In this document: positions 51,626 through 64,000 of the stretch, in pieces
Position numbering within the stretch: position 1 is the first letter of the stretch
Layout: each line of letters opens with the position of its first letter
Origin: Eledone cirrhosa
Lineage: Eukaryota
DNA: 64,000 bases
Direction of reading: 5' to 3'
Assembly (NCBI GenBank): GCA_964016885.1
Contig: OZ024740.1
Coordinates: 296,732,001-296,796,000, forward strand
Position numbers and translations under genes: made by a program
Notes under the pieces: model-generated
What the model saw: only the letters and a program-made list of their open reading frames with translations
What the model was told of the DNA's origin: nothing
Databases searched by the model: none

Positions 51626-52588
51626 ATGAAAAGTACACACCTAAATGCCACCCACACTATACCCCAAAATACCAACTCTTCTAATATAAAGTATAGTAAC
51701 TCTCAAAAAACTACTCATCATACAACTCTAATAAATGTTAATAATAAAACTCCTAATAAACAAGATAAAACACCTAAATCTACAAATCTAACTAAAAATG
51801 TGCGTGGTGAGATCATTAACATTAATCCTCCTAGTAAACATCACGATACAACCTATAAAAATAATAAACAACATAGAAACCGTAATAGACGGGTTACTTG
51901 GTATAATGCTCCATTTAATTTACAAATTAAGGATAATATTGCTAAAAAATTTTTTTATATCCTAGAGAAAAACTTCCCGCCAAACCACAAATACCATCAA
52001 ATCTTAAATAGGTCTACAGTTAAATTCTCATACTCAACAACAAATAACATAAAACAAAATATAAGTGCCTATAATGCATATAAATGTAAGAATACCATAA
52101 GTATACCACCAATACATCAAACTAACCATAATATCTCCTCAAATACAGAATTAACGAAAGGTTGTAACTGTAGAAACAAAGCAAACTGCCCATTAAAAGG
52201 AAATTGTCTTGTTAACAACATAGTTTATAAATGTAATGTTAAAACTAAAGATTCTATTTGCTCATATATAGGAGCTACTTCTAACAATTTTAAGGCAAGG
52301 TTTAATACCCACAAACATAGTTTTAAAAATGCCGCACTGGCTAATACAACATCTCTAGCAGAAAAAATCAATAGTTATAAGAATAAGAATATAGAATATG
52401 ATTTGACCTGGAGTGTGCTCAAAAGAGCCACCCCTTATCAAAATAATAGAAATGAATGTAGATTATGTTCCCAAGAACTATTTGAAATAATGAAATCTAA
52501 GGATATCCTATTAAATAAACGACAGGAATTAATTATATCGTGTAATCATAAACTAAGAAAAACATTTAAATATTATAAACCTAATTAA
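51626..52588 (+). CDS. Penelope-like linker plus GIY-YIG endonuclease (element ORF remnant)
   Basis: WYNAPF, CNCR....CPLKGNC, IVYKC...YIGAT..FKARF..H, CRLC..E and LLNKR.E...C.H motifs. Confidence 0.88.
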   Translation: MKSTHLNATHTIPQNTNSSNIKYSNSQKTTHHTTLINVNNKTPNKQDKTPKSTNLTKNVRGEIININPPSKHHDTTYKNNKQHRNRNRRVTWYNAPFNLQIKDNIAKKFFYILEKNFPPNHKYHQILNRSTVKFSYSTTNNIKQNISAYNAYKCKNTISIPPIHQTNHNISSNTELTKGCNCRNKANCPLKGNCLVNNIVYKCNVKTKDSICSYIGATSNNFKARFNTHKHSFKNAALANTTSLAEKINSYKNKNIEYDLTWSVLKRATPYQNNRNECRLCSQELFEIMKSKDILLNKRQELIISCNHKLRKTFKYYKPN

Positions 52589-53679
52589 TAACATTATTTT
52601 AGAATTTAATATATAATTTAATTTAAATGTTAGTTAACCTATAAATTTAATTTAATTAAAATTCTACTACAGATGAGATTATAAAATATTGTGTAATCAT
52701 AAATTGTGAAAAACTTTTAAATATCACTAATATATACTTCGTAAATTAATTTATAGATTAATTTTAATTTATTTAACCTTTTATTAAAATTCCTTTACAG
52801 ATAAAATATAACAAAATATCGTGTATTCAATGACAGAGAAATAATTTTTAGTATTATAGACCTAATTAATGTACATTTTAGAAATATATTTATAATTTGG
52901 TTTTAAATTTGGTCAACCTAAAAATTTTATTTAATTGGCTTAAAATTAATATCCTAATACAGATGGATTGCAGAGTGTCATGTAATCATAGACTGAGATA
53001 GGTTTTGGATCTATACCTAGTTAATATATTCTTTGCAATTTTTGAAAGAATATGTATATGTATGTATATATATGTATATGTATATATATATATGTATATA
53101 TATATATGTATATGTATATGTGTATGTATTAATTTTAATTTTCTGTTTACCTATAATTATATTCTACTATAGATAAAATACAATATCTGTTTTAATTATT
53201 ATAAACCTAATTAACATATACTATAGAAATTAATATATAATTTTTAATTTAGTTAACCTATAATTTATATTCTACTACCGATGTAATACTTTATTTGTTT
53301 TTTCCCTATTACTAAATTCATTTCCTAATATTGATACCATAACGTTAATAATTTTAATTTAGTTATACTATTATTAATACTCTACTACTATTTAACTTCA
53401 AAATTCCGCTTCAAATATTATAAACCTAAGTAGTATACACCTTAGAAATCAATATATTAACTATCCTTAATTTAGTTAACCTATGGTTAATGGTATAATT
53501 ATATTGAAATGCATAATTTTGCCTTCTTTCTTACATTTCCTAATACTGAAACTATGTAAACACATATTATGATCTAAATGCAGATTAATATTCTATGTTT
53601 CTTGAAACCTGTATTTACTATAATCCCCCCCCCATTCCCCCCCCCCCTACTATTATTATTTGTATTTGTAAGCGTGGAT

Positions 53680-55675
<1,996 letters not shown>

Positions 55676-56282
55676 TTTTCTTGATATATTTCTTTTTTCT
55701 TTTTCTTTTCTGTTTATTTCTAAGTTTATAGATACATTTATAAATAGGCAGTCTGCTGACACCGGTGAATACTGACCTCCCCCCCCCCCCCCCACCTACT
55801 TTCTGTATCTGGATCTAAATGTGTGTGGCAGTGTTTATGTGCGCGCATTAATATCCATATGCTTATGATAATAGTATATACACACATATATATGTGTGTG
55901 GGGGTGTATGTGTGTATGTATGTTCGTGGTTGTGTGTATGTGTATGCGTATACGCGCGTGTGTGTGTGAATGTACGTATATGTGTGAGTATATGAATGTG
56001 TGTATATATTTATTTTATATTTATATATGTGTGTACGTATTTTATCTGTAGATTATAAACATACAGAGACATTAGCCTTGAATTTTTGTATTTACATACA
56101 TCTTTTTGGCAAGCGTATGCATGTGAACATATATCTTTATGCATATCTGTGAACGAAGTTACTTATATGCATATATACACACACCTAACTGTATAAACTT
56201 TTTGTATTTTCATTGGTCAATTTGAACTCTGTTCCCAAACAGACCTGTAATTTTGAATTGTTGTTATTATCAATAAATATAT

Positions 56283-56439
56283 TTCATTATTTCTGAAGAC
56301 GGCATATATATGTGTTTGGTATGTATATTTAATTTTGATAGTTTGTATAATTTTGTATAATTTTGTACATAGATCTGTTGAATATGCATGCCAATTCTAA
56401 CACACATATATATCCTAGAAACGATCGTTAAATAATGAA
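56283..56439 (+). ncRNA. Type I hammerhead motif with 118-nt stem-II domain
   Basis: TTCATTATTT-CTGAAGA-[118 nt]-GAAA-CGATCG-TT-AAATAATGAA. Perfect 10-bp stem I, palindromic stem III, GUU triplet. Confidence 0.7.
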
Positions 56440-56633
56440 CTTTTTTTGTTTAATATAAGGAACTGTTTCATTGTTTTATTCATTATTTTTTTAACATTTT
56501 ATCTTGACTCTGTTTTCCGTTTATCTTTCACCGAAAGTGATTTTTCATTGCATCTCTTCTTTCCATGATATCCGGATTACATTGAGTTCTTCATACGGAT
56601 TGGACACTACCGTAAACTCTTGGTAGATTTATC

Positions 56634-56672
<39 letters not shown>

Positions 56673-57188
56673 ATGTATATGTGTGTATATACATCACTCA
56701 GTCAAACAACCTGATTTCAACCCAAATATCTACAACAACAACACCGGCACTAATGTTTACAGCAACAACAGCTTCATAATGAATTGAAATGAACATTTAC
56801 AACAACCATAGCGGCATCAGACGATAAGAAAAAACAACAAAAAACAAAAAAAACTCAAAATATCAAAACACACACACACAACACAACAACAACACCAACT
56901 GCCACCACCATCAGCACCACCAGCGACCGGGCCTTAAGAAAACAACAAATTTAATAATAATAATTGTTCTGCTTTAGTGCATTACTGGTGCTCTCTTTTG
57001 TTGACTCCGTGAGGATGAAAGGCAAGGTTGACATCGGCGGGATTTGAGCTCAGAGAGTGGAGAGCCATTGCTTTATGCTGTAAAACAATTATAATAATAC
57101 TGAACTGTAACACGAACGGCTTCAACTATACGAACTCTTGAAAGTCAACAGTTGACATAATCTTGCAATCTTGTATCAGTAATGACGG

Positions 57189-57234
<46 letters not shown>

Positions 57235-59360
57235 ATAAATTAGCGAGAATCGTATTTCGGCTTAAGAATTAACTAAAAACAACTTCCAAGATGTGTGGCA
57301 AGCGCTCAATGATTCAGATGAACCAGAGCTACAACATACGTTAAAGGCCAAACACACTAAGACGATGGTTAAACAATCATCCTCACTGCCGTAAAAACGA
57401 CCAAGTAATTCGGGTCAAACCAATAAAAATATATGTGATTGAAAATTTACCCAGACCCCTGGATGATTGGTAAAATCCAGCATTTGGGTTTCTGCGACTT
57501 CTAAATCAAGTACTGTCCGCTTACACAACTAATGTTAGGCTTCTGGTAAGATGTTTGAACAAGGAAGCCACTTTTTCAACATGTATTATTTCGAGTGCTA
57601 ATTTAAGGAATGACCGTTACCGACGCCTCGTGGGGCTCGGCAAGGGAGGCAATCCTTATTTTAGGCGGATGAATTCAGTATGTGTATAAAATTGCAAGAA
57701 TGCAAAACATCACATATATGTGTGTGTGTGTAAGTGAGTAGCGTGTGTGTGTTTGTTTGTATGTATGAGTGCTGGTGTCTGCGCGCGTATGTATGTGTGT
57801 GTGTGCGCCTGTGTGTATATCGTAGGTATAAGTGTCAATAAGTGAGTTTTTTTGTTTTTTTATGCGCGGGGACAGAAATAATCGGACTGGATGCCCGATC
57901 ACGCAGTTAAACCACTGGGAGTGAGGAGCCCCTAGCCCTTGTCAGGGCATTCTTCTAGGAGAAGGCATCTCAGGAAACTGGGTTAAAACCTGCTGCTCAG
58001 TAGTTACCGATGATGTTGATCTTTTCTTCTTTTCGGGTTATAGCTACTGTCGCTCAGGGAGTGGGTTTGGCTCAGTGCACAGTCTTTCCTCACTTTAAAA
58101 ATATTCGTCACGCACAGGCATTGCACGATTGCATTAATTAATAATTATTAATAGTGTATTACTGGTCTCCTTGACGGAGCTGCAGTCCTGGGTCAGAAAA
58201 AGACCGAGGGATAGCGCTTGGAAACTGGAATATCTTCAGGCGCTCACTGCCCTTTGCCAGCTGGGCACCAGTATCGGTGGAACATCCACCTCGGCGTTCT
58301 ATAGAGGACTAGTGGAGGGGAAGAGCGACGACGTTCTCGGAGAGATCCTGGGCGTCGAAGAAGATCAGCTGTTTGCTCTCTTCCGGAGAAATTTCAGCCC
58401 AGGGCCTATGGATAACTTCCAAAAATCCCTGGCCTGTCAGTGCTACCGGGGAGCGCTGCCAGTTCTTTTTTTCTCTTTATTTATAACTAGCAGTGTATCC
58501 CGGCATTGCATGGATAACAGCACCTCCAATGAGAAACCTTTATTTGTGAGTGCCTGTTAAAAACTCACGAAAATATACTGATAGGAAAGTTGTTTTATTT
58601 GGAGACAATTAAGAAGTTGAAAGTACAAGTTAGCTGTCTACGTGCATTGTTCATAGCAATATTCTTGAGCCCCTTCTTTTCATACTCCTCTGTTTTGGCC
58701 TTTTGGAGTAAATGTGAAAGAGAAATTCACAGGTTAAGTTGGCAGAAGATTCCAGTGTCATAGCAGTAAGGCGTAGGCTACTTACCTCAAAAGTTCATTC
58801 GCACTCTTTCCACTAAGTTACTCTTTCTCTCTATCCCTCTCGATGCAGTCCCTTGCGAATTTCTCACGTAGGCCTGGTGTAGATTTGCACCCAATCCATC
58901 TACCCGATGCACATGTCCGCTTTGTATGGCTTTTGGAGGAAGGAGTGACCAGCAGTACGTTGTTCGGTATTATTACGAAAAGGTGTAGCAGAGAATCACG
59001 TGTGAACTAACAGCACGGGGGGAAACTGCTTACCTCGAAGATTCATCCGCCATCGTTCTTGTCAATTCTCCGTTTAGTTGGTATTTGTTGGTCTACAGTT
59101 AAATGAATGGCGCACAAAGGGTCAATGTTTATTGGCAAGAAGATTTTTTAATAATTGTTTCTACTTTAGGCACAAGGCGAGCAATTAACCAGTACATTAC
59201 TGGTACTTTATTTCATCGACGCCGTAAGGATGAAAGGCAAAGTTAACCTCGGCGGGATTTGAACTCAGACTGTAAAGAGACGTAACTATGCTAGAAAGCA
59301 TTGCGTCCAACCCTCTACCGATACTGTAATAAAAGACGGGTTAAAGCGATCAATAACGTA

Positions 59361-59438
<78 letters not shown>

Positions 59439-62400
59439 TACATATATATATATATATATGTGTGTGTATGTATGCATATATATATGTGTGTGTGTCTGTA
59501 TGTATGTATGTGTATGTGTATGTATGTATCTGGATAAGGGACCCTATAGATAGGACAACACACGCTGTCTTTTCGTGGGTTAAGTTTTTAATTAATTTTT
59601 GTATTCTGAAACATCAAAATACAACAATTTTTTGGTCACTGGACTCGGGAATGTCATGACAGAAGTTTGTGGAAGTTACACAAATATTTTCGTATATTTT
59701 ACCAGGGCAATCCTTATTTATATTTTACATTTTACATTTACTTACATCTCAATATAACATGGCTAAAAAAAATTCAAATTTTGCAAAGAGAAGAAAACTG
59801 AACTACATGCATCTCACTGCCGCCCCCACAATTACGTGTACACTCTCTCCCTACCACCACATTTACATTTACACACCCTATCTAGACTAAAGTTACCGAC
59901 CTGTTGTCCAACACTCTACTCTGTGTTGAATGTGTGTGTGTATATATATATATATGTGTGTATGTATATGTGTGTATATACATGACTCAGTCAAACAACC
60001 TGATTTCAACCCAAATATCTACAACAACAACACCGGCACTGATGTTTACAGCAACAACAGCTTCAGAATGAATTGAAATGAACATTTACAACAACCACAG
60101 CGGCATCAGACGATAAGAAAAAACAACAAAAAACAAAAAAACTCAAAATATCAAAACACACACACACAACACAACAACAACATCAACTGCCACCAACATC
60201 ACCACCACCAGCGACCGGGCCTTAAGAAAACAACAACTTTAATAATAATAATTGTTCTGCTTTCGTGCATTACTGGTGCTCTCTTTTGTTGACTCCGTGG
60301 GGATGAAAGGCAAGGTTGACCTCGGCGGGATTTGAGCTCAGAGAGTGGAGAGCCATTGCTTCATGCTGTAAAACAATTATAATAATACTGAACTGTAACA
60401 CGAACGGCTTCAACTATACGAACTCTTGAAAGTCAACAGTTGACATAATCTTGTAATCTTGTATCAGTAATGACGGTAATATATATTTATATATATATAT
60501 ATATATAAATTAGCGAGAATCGTATTTCGGCTTAGGAATTAACTAAAAACAACTTCCAAGATGTGTGGCAAGCGCTCAATGATTCAGATGAACCAGAGCT
60601 ACAACATACGTTAAAGGCCAAACACACTGAGACGATGGTTAAACAATCATCCTCACTGCCGTAAAAACGACCAAGTAATTCGGGTCAAACCAATGAAAAT
60701 ATATGTGATTGAAAATTTACCCAGGCCCCTGGATGATTGGTAAAATCCAGCATTTGGGTTTCTGCGACTTCTAAATCAAGTGCTGTCCGCTTACACAACT
60801 AATGTTAGGCTTCTGGTAAGATGTTTGAACAAGGAAGCCACTTTTTCAACATGTATTAGTTCGAGTGCTAATTTAAGGAATGACCGTTACCGACGCCTCG
60901 TGGGGATCGGCAAGGGAGGCAATCCTTATTTTAGGCGGATGAATTCAGTATGTGTATAAAATTGCAAGAATGCAAAACATCACATATATGTGTGTGTGTG
61001 TAAGTGAGTAGCGTGTGTGTGTTTGTTTGTATGTATGAGTGCTGGTGTCTGCGCGCGTATGTATGTGTGTGTGTGCGCGTGTGTGTATATCGTAGGTATA
61101 AGTGTCAATAAGTGAGTTTTTTTGTTTTTTTATGCGCGGGGACAGAAATAATCGGACTGGATGCCCGATCACGCAGTTAAACCACTGGGAGTGAGGAACC
61201 CCTAGCCCTTGTCTAGGAGAAGGCATCTCAGGAAACTGGGTTAATTCCGACATAAAACATGCGGCTCAATAGTTACCGATGATGTTGATCTTTTCTTCTT
61301 TTCGGGTTATAGCTACTGTCGCTCAGGGAGTGGGTTTGGCTCAGTGCACAGTCTTTCCTCACTTTGAAAATATTCGTCACGCACAGGCATTGCACGATTG
61401 CATTAATTAATAATTATTAATAGTGTATTGACGGTGCTGCAGTCCTGGGTCAGAAAAAGACCGAGGGATAGCGCTTGGAAACTGGAATATCTTCAGGCGC
61501 TCACTGCCCTTTGCCAGCTGGGCACCAGTATCGGTGGAACATCCACCTCGGCGTTCTATAGAGGACTAGTGGAGGGGAAGAGCGACGACGTTCTCGGAGA
61601 AATCCTGGGCATCGAAGAAGATCAGCTGTTTGCTCTCTTCCGGAGAACTTTCAGCCCAGGGCCTATGGATAACTTCCAAAAATCCCTGGCCTGTCAGTGC
61701 TACCGGGGAGCGCTGCCAGTTTTTTTTTCTCTTTATTTATAACTAGCAGTGTATCCTGGCATTGCATGGGTAATAGCACCTCCAATGAGAAACCTTTATT
61801 TGTGAGTGCCTGTTAAAAACTAACGAAAATATACTGATAGGAAAGTTGTTTTATTTGGAGACAATTAAGAAGTTGAAAGTACAATTTAGCTGTCTACGTG
61901 CATTGTTCATAGCAATATTCTTGAGCCCCTTCTTTTCATACTCCTCTGTTTTGGCCTTTTGGAGTAAATGTGAAAGAGAAATTCACAGGTTAAGTTGGCA
62001 GAAGATTCCAGTGTCATAGCAGTAAGGCGTAGGCTACTTACCTCAAAAGTTCATTCGCACTCTTTCCACTAAGTTACTCTTTCTCTCTATCCCTCTCGAT
62101 GCAGTCCCTTGCGAATTTCTCACGTAGGCCTGGTGTAGATTTGCACCCAATCCATCTACCCGATGCACATGTCCGCTTTGTATGGCTTTTGGAGGAAGGA
62201 GTGACCAGCAGTACGTTGTTCGGTATTATTACGTAAAGGTGTAGCAGAGAATCACGTGTGAACTAACAGCACGGGGGGAAACTGCTTACCTCGAAGATTC
62301 ATCCACCATCGTTCTTGTCAATTCTCCGTTTAGTTGGTATTTGTTGGTCTACAGTTAAACGAATGGCGCACAAAGGGTCAATGTTTATTGGCAAGAAGTT

Positions 62401-62616
62401 TTTTTAATAATTGTTTCTACTTTAGGCACAAGGCGAGCAATTAACCAGTACATTACTGGTACTTTATTTCATCGACGCCGTAAGGATGAAAGGCAAAGTT
62501 TACCTCGGCGGGATTTGAACTCAGACTGTAAAGGGACGTAACTATGCTAGAAAGCATTGCGTCCAACCCTCTACCGATACTGTAATAAAAGACGGGTTAA
62601 AGCGATCAATAATGTA

Positions 62617-62675
<59 letters not shown>

Positions 62676-62679
<4 letters not shown>

Positions 62680-63441
62680 AATAACAAAGAACGCCTATAG
62701 CATATGCATATCTTTACTTGCTAACATTGTTTCATCCGCACTATAAGTGGGACTCATCAGAGCATAAAGGTTAATTACATACCATACAAGCAATAACAAA
62801 TCCAAGACATTGAAGAATGAAAAATAATAATAGACGATAAAGGATATTAAGGAAGTAAAAGTAAAAGTAAAGATAAGAATAAAAATAAAAATAAAAATAA
62901 AAATAAGATAATAAAATAAACAATGAAAAATAAAAAAATGAAAAATAAGGGGTGCTATCAGTCACAGTTGGGCTGGGTGCTGTCAACATATAGTTACATA
63001 CAAGCATACACATGGATAAGAGAACAGACAAGAGTAGATGAGATAGATAGGATTAGGTAAGAGTAGGTAAAAAATAGGTGAAAAACAGACTTATAATATA
63101 TATAAGAAAATATAAAGAAATACATAACAAACTTACATATAAACTATAAAATATACAGATAATAGTGATACAGGGTAAGGAATGAGATAAAATAATATAA
63201 AATTAAAATTAAAATTATATAAAATAGAACATAATATAATATAATCATAAAATAAGATAAAATAAGGTAAACTAAAATAAAATAAAATAGACTAAATTAA
63301 AATAATATAATATAAGATATAATTAAATGTAATTAAATAAATAAATAAATAAATAAATAAAGTTAAATAAATAAATAAAATTAAAATTAAAAGTAAAATT
63401 AAATTTAAATAAATAAATAAATAAATAAGTAAATAAATAAG

Positions 63442-63476
<35 letters not shown>

Positions 63477-63570
63477 ATGGAATTAAATAAGTAAATAAAT
63501 AAAATTAGATAACATGAAATGAAATAAAATAAAATAAAATGAAATAAAGTAAATTGAGATAAGATATATA
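62676..63570 (-). mobile_element. Probable Penelope-like 3' region with (TTTA)n/(TTTTA)n low-complexity tract
   Basis: Same layout as 640-2100: AT-rich tract, HHR, then (TA)n. No ORF seen. Confidence 0.5.
62719..62764 (-). ncRNA. Minimal type I hammerhead ribozyme motif
   Basis: TGCT-CTGATGA-GTCCCAC-TTATA-GTGCGGAT-GAAA-CAATG-TT-AGCA. Intact core, GUU triplet, ~45 nt from a terminal (TA)n. Confidence 0.8.
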
Positions 63571-64000
63571 TTTTTTTAGAATATATCTCCTGAATATATC
63601 AGGGGCCCACGAAGGCACTAATTGTCACAGTTATGTGTATCACTTGACCATTGCAAGGCAATGGAGGCGTCCCAGGTTGGGCAGTCTCAAAAGTTCACTC
63701 GAAAGTCGCGGGTGTGCATTCACACAGTTGAGCGGTGGGGTAATCACAAACCGGTTCACACCCGGGCAGGAGTCCAATGGTCAGAGAGAGGTGCATCGAA
63801 GGAAGGTAGGAGAATTCACGTGCATTAGCAAGCGAGGTGCAGGCGGGTTAGCCAAAGCAAGCAGACACTGTTGGAGCGCATACAAAAGATATATAAAAAG
63901 ACAGAAGATATATAAAAAATAGCTTCAAGAGCCATTAAGTCACCGCATTGGGACATCACAAGATTGTACACATCAATATGTTCAGCACGTATATGCACAT

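Noticed and set aside
63622-63922. Possible GIY-YIG remnant (VYHLT..CK...VGQS)
   Set aside because: Needs frameshifts and lacks key residues; too weak to call.

Overview
This is a repeat-dominated, AT-rich eukaryotic window with abundant (TA)n/(TG)n microsatellites. Its SINE, RTE and Penelope content resembles an octopod cephalopod genome (inference). One host gene is recognisable: the first three coding exons of a minus-strand cytochrome P450 of the CYP4V type (16565-16727, 5544-5656, 3833-3918), with canonical GT-AG splice sites and compatible phases; no further exon was found in the window. The remaining annotated features are mobile DNA and repeats: Penelope-like elements (PLEs), RTE, CR1-like, Tx1/L1-like and CRE-like LINE fragments, hAT transposase relics, non-autonomous Helitrons, many tRNA-derived SINEs, a 4.6-kb satellite of ~21-bp units abutting a Tc1/mariner/pogo-like end, and a 3.26-kb composite unit repeated in tandem. 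The most striking signal, read by eye, is a set of type I hammerhead ribozyme (HHR) motifs at PLE-like 3' ends next to (TA)n tracts. Two families have very large stem-II inserts (~100-120 nt), one has a compensatory U3:A8 core, and several fold-back palindromes turn at or beside an HHR motif. All calls are manual; no searches or folding were run.
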